DNA from: Eledone cirrhosa
Taxonomy: Eukaryota
DNA: 64,000 nucleotides
Assembly (NCBI GenBank): GCA_964016885.1
Contig: OZ024740.1
Span: forward strand, 193,750,001 to 193,814,000
Direction: 5' to 3'
The first letter of the stretch is position 1; every line of letters starts with the position of its first letter. Under the pieces are notes generated by a model. The model had not been told where the DNA came from and did no database searches. It worked only from the letters and a program-made list of their open reading frames with translations. Positions 13,069-28,457 of the stretch are shown piece after piece. The translations under genes were made by a program, and so were the position numbers.

Positions 13069-13526
13069 AAATGGGGAGAAGAATACTGCAGGTTGCACAT
13101 GGATAACATGTTATAAAATGAGTCCCTCATCAGTGATTTGCCAACGATCATAGATATTTCATTGCATTAAAAACCATATACCTCACGTTGGTGCAATAAT
13201 AACTAAATTAAGTTATTAGGACAATTAAAACGCGTAAAGCGAGTGAGACAAGTAAACAACAAAGAGAAAAGCTAACCGAAGATAGGAAGAGGCACAAGCT
13301 ACATAGTTATTCTATCAGCATACGCTGGGTGAATATATGAGTGCGTAGAAAATAGACCTTTCGAGATGAATCTAATGTAAGAAAGAAGGAAATTGTTTTC
13401 GTCGCGAACGGGGTGAAGTGAGAAGGGGAGAAACAGTGAGTAAGTGAGTGGAAGTGTGAGGAAGAGATCAGTAGAGAGAAAGTGTTAACTGACATGACAG
13501 AGGGGGCGAAAGATAGTAAGAGAAAA

Positions 13527-14152
<626 letters not shown>

Positions 14153-14289
14153 CAGAAATATCCACGGCAAGTAGTGGGGTCTATTCTGCATGAAGAACTC
14201 AAAGTAATCCATATGTTGAAAATGTTGTAGGTTAAAATAAATCCCGGAAAACAATAAAATATTAAAAGGAAAACACAGTCATAATATAA

Positions 14290-14688
14290 GTTAAAACAAT
14301 GAAATAAAAATTCAAGTCATTAAAAATATACTTCACTACTTTACGATCCTTTCTAGGTGATAATAATACATCGTACGCATATTCCGTTATCGATCTATGT
14401 AAGGTTAGTTACAAAATATCAGATAAGGAATATATTTACTTACATGTTTATCATCAGCTGTTGTCAAATGCAATGAGAATTTTATTCAAAATCAGTATTG
14501 AATTGAGTTCTATGACCTTATTTGGAGGTAGCTGTAGAACAAACCAATCAAATTGTTTTTTTCCCATATGATGTTAAGATGAAAAATAACTCACTTTAGT
14601 TGATGTCATGTCATGACCCTTTGAAAGGAATGGTTGAATTGTATTAAAAATAGAATTGCTATAAAGAACCTATGATGAAAAAGGGATT
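14290..14688 (+). repeat. Left arm of ~400-bp inverted repeat (partner 17253-17650)
   Basis: For example, TTTACGATCCTTTCTAGGTGATAATAATACATCGTACGCATAT is present in reverse complement at ~17559-17602. Confidence 0.93.
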
Positions 14689-14885
14689 GTTATATTGATA
14701 GTTGAATGTAGATGGTGGAATGAAGTTTAAAAAGGTATGTAAACAATATAGGTTGAGTTGTGTTGTATGGAATTTTTAGGTGAATATAAATCATGGTCAT
14801 GACTAGGAAAGATAGTATATTAAAAGATGAAAATTATAATAAGATAATGAGATATAATAATACAATAATATAATATAATGTAATA

Positions 14886-15073
14886 TAATTGTTTCTACTT
14901 TAGGCACAAGGCCAGCAATTACCCAGTGCATTACTTATATTTTATTTTATCGACCCCGTAAGGATGAAAGACAAAGTCAACCTTGACGGGATTTGCACTC
15001 AGATCGTAAAGGGATGTAACTATGTTGGAAAACATGGCGTCCGACCCTCTACCGATACTGCCAATCCACCGCC
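14886..15073 (-). mobile_element. tRNA-derived SINE
   Basis: Same family as 2939-3120. Confidence 0.88.
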
Positions 15074-15362
15074 TTTATAATATAATGTAATATAATATAG
15101 TACGGTATGGTACATTGTACATAGTATAATACAGCGTATGATACATCTTAAAATATAAAATAGCAAAGTGTGTCTATGAGTAAGTTATCAAACTCAGATA
15201 AATGCATGTTGATATATAGTCAAAACTCATAATTTTCATAGATCACAAATTGCATATATTCACACCAATAGATAGAGGTATAGTTATATTGATACTCTAT
15301 TAAAAACATACATATGCATATATAGATATAAACATATACATATACCTACATATGCGCACACA

Positions 15363-15431
<69 letters not shown>

Positions 15432-15599
15432 TTAGACATACATATATATGCACACACCCATATATGTATACACACACATACACACATACACACATATACA
15501 CATATATACACACATACACACATACACATATATATATATATTCTACATACATAGATACCCATGCAATTACATGTGGTTATGTACCTTGTTGCCCCTAGT

Positions 15600-17252
15600 C
15601 ATTAACGCATGAATCTAAGGAAGATAAAAAATTAAAAGGTTTAAAAATTAAAAGGTAAGCGTGAAGGCGTATAATTAGGGCAAGGGGATACTAACAGATG
15701 TTACGTTACATAGAATTATAGTGAGTTGATATTTAGAATATTTAATTAGGTTTATATTACTTAAATGTTTTTCGTATACGGTGATTACAAGCTATAATCA
15801 GTACCTGTCTTTTATTCAATAAATCGTCCTTAGATTTAGTCATTTCCAAGATCTTGTCTGAACAGAATCTGCATTCCCTCCTGTTCCCAAGATATGGAGT
15901 TCTTTGCAGAATGGTATTCCACGATAGCTTGAAATCTATTTTTTTCCTTTTTATAGTTATTTACTGCTTCAGCTAAAGATGTGGTGTTAGCTAGTTTAGT
16001 ATTGTTAAAGCTACTAGAGTGTGCGTAATATATTTTCTTAAATGTGTTCGATCTAGATCCTATATGTGTTCTGTTGGAGTCAGTAGTAGACACAGTGCGT
16101 TTATATATCACATTATTAATCAAACAGTTGCCATTTAAGGGGCAAACGCTTCAATTTCTGCTATTACAACCATAAGTAAGATGGTTGTTGGAGGTACCTA
16201 CATAGTTCTCATTAATCCCTGAGCTATTCTTATTGTAATTAATGTTAGCGAGAGAATGAAGGCTGTTTTGGGGTGGTTTAGTGCTGGGGTTGTATTGTGA
16301 TTTTGTGTTATGTTGTTTTTGTGTTGGGGATTTGGGTGGTTGTGTTTTCCAGGTTGAAGCATTGTATTATTTGTCCTTTTAAAGGGTGCAGTCCTATTTA
16401 AATTATGTTGTGGTGGTGTGGTCACATTATTTTTACATTTATAAATGTTGTAGTTGCTAATTTTTTGCTGGAGATTGTTTGATGTAGAGCATGAGAATTT
16501 AAAAGTATACCTATTAAATTATTTGGTGGTATCTGTGGTTTGGTGGAAAATGTTTATGTAGAATTTCGAAAAATGTTTTGGGCAGTTGTTCAATAGTTTG
16601 CAGGTTGAAGGATGCGTTGTACCATGTTAAGTTTCTTTTGCGGTTTTTAGTTAAGTTCTTATTCCCACTTATATTAATGTGATGTGTTCTAGAAGAGTTC
16701 ATATGGTTAGTATTTGTATTTGTGGAATTTGCTAAATTGCAGCGGTTGTATTATTGGGTAGATTATGAGAGGTTGAATGTTTGGTAGTCAAGACTACCAA
16801 ACATTCAACCTCTTGATAACTTCTTGATAACATTAGTCATAGATCGTGTAGTAATAGTTGTGGTTTTTCGTTTGCTTGGTGTGATAGGAATGACCCCATT
16901 AGGCATTTGTTTCGATGGTATTTTTTGGTGTTTTAGTTTTTGCTAGGTTTTGTATTTTCGTCCATAGTAATGTTGGGGTATATTTGAATTTTTTTCTTTA
17001 TATCCACTTCTAGTTAGGGCCTCGTTGTAGAAGGGTGCATTTTTATAAAATATATCCTCATTGGAAGATAATTTAGAAAGTCTAAGAGATATGTTATATA
17101 CTGAGTTTTTGAGTATAGAGCCAGGGGAGGTTACATAGTGTAGATTCTGGTTGGGTTTGTGGTAAGGTTAATAAATATTCGTAGAGAGGTCTAATGTAAC
17201 GTCAAGGACGTTATCTACTTTTGATTGTTTTCAAAAGTGATGTTAAGGTTGT
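15600..17252 (-). mobile_element. 5'-truncated, decayed Penelope-like element
   Basis: Minus-strand fragments LDVTLDL..., WYNASFNLQ...FFEILHKHFPPNHRYHQI and CPLNGNCLINNVIYKRTV...HIGS are typical of PLE thumb, linker and GIY-YIG regions. Confidence 0.82.
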
Positions 17253-17649
17253 ATCCCTTTTTCATCATAGGTTCTTTATAGCAATTCTATTTTTAACACC
17301 ATTCAACCATTCCTTTCAAAGGGTCATGACATGATCTCAACTAAAGTGAGTTATTTTTCATCTTAACATCATATGGGAAAAAAAACAGTTTGATTGGTTT
17401 GTTCTACAGCTACCTCCAATAAAGGTCATAGAACTTAGTTCACTACTGATTTTGAATAAAATTCTAATTGCTTTTGACAACAGCTGATGATATACATGTA
17501 AGTAAATATATTCCTTATCTCATATTTTGTAACTAACCTAACATAGATCGATAACCAAATATGCGTACGATGTATTATTATCACCTAGAAAGGATCGTAA
17601 ATCTTTTATGTATATTTTAATGACTTGAATTTTTATTTTATTGCTTGAA

Positions 17650-17650
<1 letters not shown>
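17253..17650 (-). repeat. Right arm of ~400-bp inverted repeat, abutting the PLE 5' truncation point
   Basis: Reverse complement of 14290-14688. Confidence 0.93.
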
Positions 17651-17701
<51 letters not shown>

Positions 17702-17997
17702 TCGTTGCGTAATATATGCGGACATATTTTCAATCTGTATTCCCAATTCTTCCGAAAACCTACTTTATATTATGACCTAAGGTCATTGTCAATCAAGTCG
17801 TCTGTGGTTTTAAGGTACTGATAACCAATAATAATTTACATATCTGCTCAAACAGAATTCAGATTTTTGGCTTAATACATTGTCAGCAAAACCCCTTTTT
17901 TTTTATTATCCGACAATCTGACCTGCAAAACCCGGAGGAGAAACTTATTGAAGCTTGATATTTTAATACAGAATATATCAAATTCACATATTACATT

Positions 17998-18049
<52 letters not shown>

Positions 18050-18051
<2 letters not shown>

Positions 18052-21000
18052 CTCTTTTACTCTTTTAACTGTTTCAGCCATCCGGCTTAGGCCATGCTGG
18101 GGCACCGCCCTTGTTGCTACACATTTTATCTCCAACCTGTATAGTTTGGCCACTGGTGTAAGAGTTTGTTGCTGCTGCCCTTAGGTTTCCCTCGTGCCTT
18201 GCTGTGGGCTCATCCGGGATCCTGGATAGCAAAGTGTCGAGATGTTTCGTCAAGACATCTAACTCCACGTCATGCAAATCTCTCAGAACCCTCGGCAGCT
18301 TGTTGAAGAGTTAAGGGCCCTTGAATCCCAGGCTATTGCAATACCTGCTCCTTATTCTAGATGTGGAAGACGGGACCTTTGGCACCACAGAGTGACGTCC
18401 TGTTCGACGGTTGGACCAGCTCCCAATGCCAAAGTTTGGTGCTAGCCCCTCCAGAATTTTCCACATGTAGATCACTGCATATCTCTCCTGTCTTCGTTCC
18501 AAGGAGTAGAGGTTCAGTTCCTTTAGCCTCTCCCAGTATCTTGTCTCATTGATCGTGACAATCCTGTTGGTGTAGATTGGCTGGATTGCCTCAAGCTCCG
18601 TGGTTAGTTTGACACTATGGGCTGACCACAACTGGGAGCAGTAGTCCAGGCGGCTTAGGACAAATGTCCTCCATAGTGTCAACATGGTGTCTCGGTCCCT
18701 TGTCCGGAAAGTCCTCAAGATCCAGCCAGCGAGTCGTCTGCACATTGTCGCCACTTTCATGATGTGTGAGGAAAAAGATGCATCATCGCTCATGTCTATG
18801 CCCAGGTCTCCTATCGATTTTGACACGGGGATATCGGTCCCTCCTGGCCCTGTGTAGTTGTGTTGTACTATATTTGTGTTTGCAGGTTTGTTTGGATGTT
18901 TGTATTGTAGGGCTTGGAATTTGCTAGCGTTAAACCGCATGTTGTTTTCTTCCGCCCATTTGTATATGGCATCCAGATCTTGTTGTAAAAGTGCAGCGTC
19001 AGCCGGGTTTTTGATTGCCTGTGCTACCTTAGTGTCATCAGCATAGCTAGTGAGGGATGTTGTTGTATGTACTACAGAGCGCATGTCTGAGAGAGCCACC
19101 AAAAACAGTAGTGGTCCCAGGACTGTCCCCTGCGGCCCCCCACTTTTTATTGGTGTTTCCTTTGAGAGGGCCCCATTTGCTGCGACTGTCTGGCTTCTGT
19201 CCTGTATGAAGCATGCAGCCACTCACCTACTTTTCCAGTTATGCCGAGTCCGTGTAGTTTGTGACATATCATTCCGTGGTCGACCTTGTCAAAGGCCTTC
19301 GCAAAGTCTAGATATATCACGTCCACATGTGAGCTGTCTAGTAGTTGTTTCAGTACCCAGCCGTAGTGATGTAGCAGCTGTGTAAGGCTGCTTCTTCCTG
19401 GGCGGAAGCCATGCTGCGTGCTAGTCAGGCGGTCATTTTCCTCGAGGAAAGTGATCAGTTTCTTTCTGACGACTCGCTCCATGACCTTACTGATATGCGA
19501 CATCAGGGAGACTGGCCTATAGTTTTTGGCCTCCGCTCTGCTACCTCCTTTATGGATAGGGCATATTGTGCCTTCTTTCAGCTCCCTGGGTAGTACACCG
19601 CTAGCCAAGGAGCTTCTGAAGAGCATCTTCAGTGGAGTTGCTAAGGCCCGCTTACATGTTTTTAAGAGAACTGCTGGGAATCCATCAGGTCCAGCATCTG
19701 AGTCTGTTCTAATTTCATCTATGGCGTACACCACATCCTCCTCCGTTATGTCTATGTGGTTGACGGTCGCCATTTCTTCATGTAGTATTGTGGCATCAAA
19801 GAACTCCTCTGGCTTCGTTATTTGCATGTGTCTCAGTGGAGATGTGAACACAATTGTGTACTGTTCGCTCAGTATTTCACATATCTCTTGGGGGTTTTCG
19901 GTTAATGAACCGTCCGTATGGAAGAGTGGCCCAATCTTGAAGTGTACCGAGGCAGTTTCTTTTGCAAATTTAAAGAAGTCCTTAGGGTTTGTTTTAATGT
20001 TTTCTATGGCCCTGTTCTCTTTCTTTGCCCTCTCATTTTCGTTTGAATCTCGGTGCCAAGTAGTGCACATTTCAAATAGGATTCCTTCATGTTGACCTCA
20101 TAAGGATTTTCCTATCTCTGGGAATAAGATGTTTGTGTCTGTTTGCCTTTTTCTCCGGGACAAACTTTTTGCATATAGTGTGTATCGTTGTCATGAAGTG
20201 TTGAAATTGTGTGTTAGTATCCTGTGTGGCGGTGTTTTCACTCCATGTTTGCTTCCGGATTTCTCTCTTAATCTGTTTCCAGTTAGCCTTGTAGAAGTTA
20301 AGGCCGGATAATGTCCCGGAGCTTCTTGGTGGTTTTGTCTGTGTTGATTCTCTCGGACCACATATCATTAGCTCTACTAAGTTATGATCCGAGAGAATTG
20401 TTGGTGTCACCTTTACATTGTGGATGAGCACTTCGTTGTTTGTAAAACAGAGGTCCAGGACATTTTCGCCTCTTGTTAGGAGGAGTTTGCTTGCTCCATG
20501 AACAGCCTGTCTGTGAGGACCAGGAGGGATTCCGTCTGTCTCTGTTCTATTGACGTCATTCCAGGGAGGAGGTGGCCCTCAGGCCATTTGACCTTTGGTA
20601 AGTTGAAGTCTCCCAGCAGTAGAATGTTGAGACCCTGGTCAATTTTGTCAAGGACCTTGTCTATTCTACTTAGGCTATCCTCAAATTTACCCTCATGACT
20701 GGGGGTATCGGGCGGCCGATATGTCACACATATTACTGTCTGTAGTTGCTTCATATGTACTATCAGTGTGTCACAGACTGAGTTTGAATGTGTCAACAGT
20801 ACAATTGGTGTGACATCTTCACAGATATACAGAGCAACCGCACCATGAGTTCTCTCCTTCCTGTCCGAACGAAATACAGTATATTTCGGTATATGTATTT
20901 CTGCATCTGCTATACTGCTTGTCAGGTGCGTTTCAGTTAGTGCCATGTATAATGCTTGATTACTTATGGCTGTATATGTATTTCTGCATCTGCTATACTG

Positions 21001-21127
21001 CTTGTCAGGTGCGTTTCGGTTAGTGCCATGCATAATGCTTGATTGCTTATGGTTGTATATGTATTTCTGCATCTGCTATACTGCTTGTCGGGTGCTTTGG
21101 GTTAGTGCCATGCATAATTCTTGATTG

Positions 21128-21130
<3 letters not shown>
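18050..21130 (-). mobile_element. CR1-group LINE (APE endonuclease plus RT ORF2), 5'-truncated and frameshifted
   Basis: APE motifs ALTETHL, YRPP, LLGDFN, SDH. RT motifs NYRPVSL, QHGFRPGRS, YLDFAKAFDKVDH, PQGTVLGPLLF, YADD, LDYCSQLW, YWERLKELNLYSLERR. 3' tail (AAAAGAGT)n at 18050-18067; both ends lie in (TA)n. Confidence 0.93.
20891..21130 (-). repeat. Three tandem copies of an 83-bp segment at the LINE 5' junction
   Basis: ATATGTATTTCTGCATC starts at 20891, 20974 and 21057. Confidence 0.92.
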
Positions 21131-21222
<92 letters not shown>

Positions 21223-21234
21223 ATAGTAATAATA

Positions 21235-21990
21235 ATAGTAATAATAATAAATATATATCAAAAATATAAGAACCGTAGAGCAAATATTTATTTAAATAAC
21301 AGATTAAAGTTTAAGCAAAGAATCTCTGCTTTCACCCTTAACGGCATCTTCTGAAACTAAAAAAAAAAAATCAATCTGTGAACGCAGAAGTAAATATTTC
21401 GAAAAACGATGCATCCGAAGGAAGACAGGAAGACGATACTTTGGTTTCCGGAAACGTTCCCTGGCAAATAACGGAAAAACGAAGATAATACGTCATTATT
21501 TGGAGTAATGTACTGGGTAATTGTGGCCTTGTGCCAAAAGTAGAAACAATTATTTGGAGCGGGAAAACAATTACACGCAAATAGTCACCTCCATAGGCGC
21601 TGAGCTGGCCAGCCGCAGGTCTGAGCCCCGGGAGTTGGAGTGGCTTTTCCAACGCGTCTCCTTTCCCGTCCCCCGGGGAAACGCCTTCTCCATTATGTCC
21701 GCCGGGGCTTGGGGGGGCATTGCGTACCGTTGTAGTTGTTGTATACAGATATTAACTCATCAAAGATAGGCATTTGTGCCTGGTATCACATTTTAACAAT
21801 ACCATAAACGTGGTTTTGTCTTTGAGTGATTAGTTAAGCCACGTTTAAACGAAGTCGTAGACTAATATTCGATTAGATGGTTCGTGGAGACGTTACCTGG
21901 CAAATAACGGGAGAAAACGAAGATAATACGAAGATAATAATGTCGAGTGTTGAGAACAATTACACGTAAAGACAAATCCACGATTATGGT
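21235..21990. repeat. Unclassified interspersed repeat (same family as 27750-28445), rearranged
   Basis: 21250-21505 aligns directly with 27800-28055. 21800-21985 matches pieces of 28060-28200. Confidence 0.8.
21585..21720 (+). mobile_element. 3' fragment of a restriction-like-endonuclease (CRE/NeSL-type) non-LTR retroelement
   Basis: GC-rich island translating IGAELASRRSEPRELEWLFQRVSFPVPRGNAFSIM, similar to the FQRLSxAIQRGNA terminal motif of REL-type LINEs. Confidence 0.6.
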
Positions 21991-22851
21991 ATAACTGAGT
22001 CGTAGACAAATTCTATTTAGGAAACCGAATGATTCTCGGCTTCAGAGTTAAGAAGAATGTAAATAAATTACAGAGGTTACGGAAATCAACAATAATTAAA
22101 TATACACATGCACGCATCCATATACGTACATACACATTCATACCCGAAAACACCAGCCATAGGTATGCAAATACAGGCACGTACACAAAAACACGCGCAC
22201 ACATACAAAAATAAACGCAACGCCTGTACCCGCACACATACGAACGTACACCCAATACACATAAAACATACGTACCTTCACAAAACATACATACATACAT
22301 ACATACATACATACATACATACATACATACATACCATTACTTATTTGTATTGGATAACGCTTTAGTTAATTATAAGTTTATATTATATCCAGATTATTAG
22401 GCATAGATTACTTTCTATAGCAATCAAATATTTAAGTTAATTACAAATTTATATGCTTAAATTAATTTAATTTAGCTCATTCTAGATTATGACAATGTTT
22501 TATTATAAGTTAAGATATTCTATTAATATTATACTACAACATTAAAGCAATATATCTTTCATGCCTAAATAAATAACTATTATATATGTATTAAAATATA
22601 TTTTGTTCTTTTATTATCTGAATTAATTTAAAATTCAATTTATGTGAAGCTTCGTTATGTTTAAATTTTCATTTATTTTTTGGGGTTGTAAACTAACTGT
22701 GGTTATATTTATTCTTCATAAACTTTATTTCATTTAATGAATGGTTTCCTTATATATTTAATTATTCTAATATATATAGTTTAATTTTTATGATATTTGA
22801 TGTATTATTAAACTATTAATTATTATTTATTAATATATATTTTGTATATAT

Positions 22852-23036
22852 GCGGTGGATTGGCAGTATCGGTAGAGGGTCGGACGCCATGCTTTCCAGC
22901 ATAGTTACGTCCCTTTACGATCTGAGTTCAAATCCCTCCGAGGTTAACTTTGCCTTTCATCTTTACGGGGTCGATAAAATAAAGTACCAGTAATGAACTG
23001 GGTAATTGCTGGCTTTGTGCCTAAAGTAGAAACAAA
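22852..23036 (+). mobile_element. tRNA-derived SINE
   Basis: Same family as 2939-3120. Confidence 0.9.
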
Positions 23037-23049
23037 TATATATTTTGTA

Positions 23050-25080
23050 TATGTTTGTTCAAAGCTAATAACAAAATGTTACGGACAATGTAAACAAAAG
23101 GAAGATAACTCTTTTACAATGTAGAAAACATTTTTTTAACTTAGAGGGAATCTCTTCTCTCATATACAGCGACATTTAAGAACCTTAATATATTCAGTGT
23201 ATATATTATAATTGATGTCTAATTAAATATTGTGCTATCTTAATCAATTCTTAGGATAAAAAAAACTCTGAATGATGTTTATGCTATTACATATAAATAT
23301 CTATCAATTATTACTTCAATTAGGCAAAATTTACATATATTCAAGGTGTTATTTGTCCTTATTTTTTTGGAACTGGTACTTTGCTTGGAAGGTTTTACCA
23401 ATTTTATGATGACAACTAATAAATAATACATAATATATATAATGAGATCTAGGGAAGTATTTGTCCAAAGCTTTAAAAAATAAATGTGCTACAGGTTTCT
23501 TAATACCTAACGATGCTGGCGGTTCATACCAAATTATAGATCTACTTTTTTCTTTGATTTATTCATCGAGTTGTTGTGTTTATATTCATTTTTATGATGA
23601 TTATTAAGATTATAATTAATTTTATTTTGATGGATTTCAGTATGTTTATCTATATACACAATGTTATTGTTATATCCAGCTTTATGTAACGCTTCGTTAT
23701 AATATATAGCCTTTCTATTAAAAATAGATCTATTAGCAGAGAGCCTGGATAGTCTTTGTTGTACACTGTTGAGTATCTCATTCTTAAACACCTTTAGGAT
23801 GATTAGAATAAAAACTAACATAATTTAAGTTCTCGTTAACTTTGTGGATAGGGTAATAAAGACCTGAGTTAAAATTTAGAGTCACATTCAAAAAATTAAC
23901 AATGCTATTATTAATTTCTATTTCCAATTTCAGGTCATAATTTTTAAAAAAATTCTATAATTGCTTTCTTTACTCTATTTAATTCACTATTGTTATGTTT
24001 TTCTACAATAAATAGTATGTCGTCCTTATATAAACCTCCGGTAATTTCCGGCAATTTTCTATTTATCATGTTAAGGATTAAAATTACCACTAGATCTGTG
24101 ACTTGAGCTGAGTCCGAAGAACCCATTGTAATGTCAAAATTCTTCGGTCTATCAGTCCTAGTCTAAAGATCGTTATTAAAATCTATCAAATTTCGCCTTG
24201 CAGTTAATATAATATTTATCTCCTCATTAGATAGGTCTGTGCGTTTGTATTCATATGATAGCGCCTTATTTCATAAATTGGGAGTTTTCGAAAACTGGTT
24301 ATATCCATTTGAATTAACTCATAATTATTTTTATGTTTAATATTTATAAACCAATCTATAACTTAACTTGTACCTCTCCATAGATTTAGTTGTGATTTCA
24401 ATTTAAGTGTTGGTATAATCCTATCTATTATATTCTTGCTAATGATTCCTAGATCGTATTTAGAAGGTGTTATGAGTCTTACTGGTAATTTTTCCTCAAA
24501 GTTTTTTTATGATCTTTCGGCTGTTTTGGTATGAAAGGTTCTGTTTTACGCTCGATTCCTAGGCTGGTGATAATTTTATATGCTTCCTTATTTATGTCCG
24601 ATAAATCCTCGCTTGAGGCCTTTTTATAGTTCTTCCTCAGTTCTTTTAAAATAAAATTATTATATTTTACTTTTTCCATCCCATATAGGTTGTTCGTTTT
24701 ATCCGATTTAACTAATATCTTATTTCTTTTTTGTATGTCTTCGATTTTATCTTTTAGGCCTCTGAGCTTTTCCTGGCCTCTATATGGATTTTCTTTTTAA
24801 TTTAGTGTTTCGTATTATATTTATGATTTCATTTTCAAAATTAGCCAGGAGTTTATTATGTGGAGGACTTTTTTAAAAAATAAGATCAAAATTATGATTG
24901 GTGTTTTTCTTATCAACTTTTTCCTTTTTTTCAAAGTGAAAAACACGCCACCGCGGTCTTCTTATGAAAGAATTAGATTTCTCTGTAAGCTGTCTCATAT
25001 ATTCATCATTTGATAGTAGTGGTATATCCTTGAGGGATGTAGAAATCTTGAAGAATTCCATCATTTATTTAGGATCTATT
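23050..25080 (-). mobile_element. Decayed near-full-length Penelope-like element ORF (GLYxDD-type RT), endonuclease largely deleted
   Basis: Fragments SLKDIP...TEKSNSFIRRPRWRVFHF, KDHKK, MGSSDSAQVTDLV...GLYKDD, RLSRLSANRSIF...YYNEALHKAGY and WYEPP...LDKYFP; many stops and frameshifts. Confidence 0.85.
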
Positions 25081-25199
25081 GCAGAACAAGCGCTCTACCT
25101 TCGGGGAACAAAATATGACCAAAGTGTATATGGTGCGTTGAATAATCAACGAACCATATAAACTTTGGTTATATATTTATATATATATATATACATATA

Positions 25200-25375
25200 T
25201 GTATGTAAAAGGTAAACAGAAATAACAACACAATCGGTACAGTATATGGAAGGTATATATTAATGTAACGCTTGATATAGAAGGAAGAGGGTCTTAACGT
25301 TTCGGACGCTAGACCTTCATCAGAAGAAAGAATGAGAAATAAATTTGCTTGAGGGGACGGATACTCACACATTTT
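25200..25375 (-). mobile_element. Solo PLE 3'-terminal fragment
   Basis: Aligns with 55080-55240, the 3' end of a GIY-YIG PLE. Confidence 0.75.
25292..25327 (-). ncRNA. Minimal type I hammerhead motif
   Basis: Minus strand TCTT CTGATGA A GG-TCTAGCGT-CC GAA ACGT T AAGA (stem I TCTT/AAGA). Confidence 0.75.
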
Positions 25376-25385
25376 ACTTATCATA

Positions 25386-25476
<91 letters not shown>

Positions 25477-25494
25477 GGAGAAAATGAAAAAAAA

Positions 25495-26179
<685 letters not shown>

Positions 26180-26223
26180 TATATGTATATATATATATTT
26201 ATATATATATATATTTATATATT

Positions 26224-26327
<104 letters not shown>

Positions 26328-27660
26328 ACACATTTTAATTATCTGCAGGATAAAATATCTTATCATTGTCTCCTTCTCATCACGTCTGGCTCAAATATCC
26401 ATTTGAATTACAGAATGCAACTGAAAAGAAATTAGAAAGATAACTTACCAATCTTCTAAGAAACCGTATTTTTCTTGTCCTTCGTGGATACCTCAAAATA
26501 TCGGAATAATACTTTCTATGTAATCTGTTTTACTAAATCTTGTTTTAATTACCAATAGTAATATTCTACATACATAAGTTTTCATTTATTTAGAAATGCT
26601 TTATATTCTTGTGTGTTGCGTTAGATACAATCTACTATAATATTTCCAACAAAATAAATATATTGATCGCTCTAAAATACATAAAATACTATTTCTGTCT
26701 TTAAAACGAAATATAATTGCCTATTCTCTCTCCAACTTCAATTCAATAGAATAATGTTTAGAAATGTTTTATCACTGCAAGATACCCCCCCCCCCCCCCG
26801 TCACATGTAGTAAATGCAAATGCATATCTATTACATTTTACACTATTTTATTTGACTTATTTTCTGCCTGAGATGTGTTTACAATTATCCAATAATTCCT
26901 CCTATTCGAAAAAGTAACGGAGTACAAATGATTTCAGAATGTAGGCTTTCGGCAAATGGTTATAGTCATTTGTTTATATCTACATTTCCGTTAAATCCGA
27001 AATACATAAATTCTTATGAATTACATTTTCTATTAATATGTTTTTATGCATTATTAAAGCTGTCGGGGCTGCAGGTTATATTGGCCCTTTATCCAGTATC
27101 ATTAAATCAAGACTGGTCATTCAAACATTGTTTATAATGGCAGATTAGAACAACACCTTTTTGTATATAAATGTAGAGTTTCAGGTTTTAAAGCTCATTC
27201 TTAAGTATAATCCAAATATCAGCTCATTCCCTTGCAGAAATTGTTCCACCCCATGTGAAAAAAGAAAGTACATTGTTTGCTAGTGTACATTAGGCCAGTT
27301 GGATGAGGAACATCATTAATATAGGATGCATATTTCTTGCTGGAGATTCCCTCTGTAAATGTGATGTTATCCTAGTTCTCGTTGGCCATAATTTTGTGAT
27401 TCCACCCATACAAACGAATGTGTGTAATTCAGGACTTTCAACCAATGGAACACTTGGAATTAGGTTAAAAACCTTTTGAAATCAATTTATCATCGCTTTT
27501 GTGTGAATGGCACACATTTGATTTCCTATTGTGGGAGTTTTAGATTCTATGCTCTACGTTTATATTGTTTTTGAAAGGCACTTCATCATATATTTTAAAT
27601 GTACTCATTACACGCACACACACAAACACACACACGCATACGCATACGCATACACACAAA

Positions 27661-27753
<93 letters not shown>

Positions 27754-27835
27754 ATAATAATAAATTTGAAGACTAAAATCCAAAGAGGGCTCGATAAGGA
27801 TAAATATATATCAAATATATAAGAGCCGTAGAGCA

Positions 27836-28445
27836 AATATTTATTAAAATTACAGATTAAAGTTTAAGCAAAGAATCGCTGCTTTCACCCTTAACGGGAT
27901 CTTCTGAAACTAACAAAGCCAATCTGTGAACGCAGAAGTGAATATTTCAAAAAACGTTGCAACCGGAGGAAATCAGGAAGACGATACTTTGGTTCGTGGA
28001 AACGTTCCCTGGCAAAGAACGGGAAAAAACGAATATAATACGTCATTATTTGGAGCGGTGAAAAACAATTACACGCAAAGACAAAACCACATATGACGTA
28101 TTATCTTCGTTTTTTCCGTCCATTGCCAGAGAACACCTCTATGAACCACCTAAGAGAATATTAGTATACGACTTCTTTTATACCATAAACGTGGTTTTGT
28201 CTTTGCGTGTAATTGTTTTTCACCGCTCCAAATAATGACGTATTATATTCGTTTTTTCCCGTTATTTGCCAGTGAACGTTTCCACGAACCAAAGTATCGT
28301 ATTCCTGTCTTCCTCCGGTTGCAACGTTTTTTTGAAATATTCACTTCTACGTTCACAGATTGACTATGTTAGTTTCAGAAGATCCCGTTAAGGGTGAAAG
28401 CAGCGATTCTTTGCTTAAACTTTAATCTGTTATTTTAATAAATAT
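27836..28445. repeat. Foldback, ~255-bp inverted arms with ~100-bp spacer
   Basis: 27836-28090 is the reverse complement of 28191-28445. Confidence 0.93.
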
Positions 28446-28457
28446 ATATATATATAT

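Noticed and set aside
14440-14470. CTGATGA in the 14290-14688 inverted arm as a hammerhead
   Set aside because: No properly placed GAAA box or stems found downstream.
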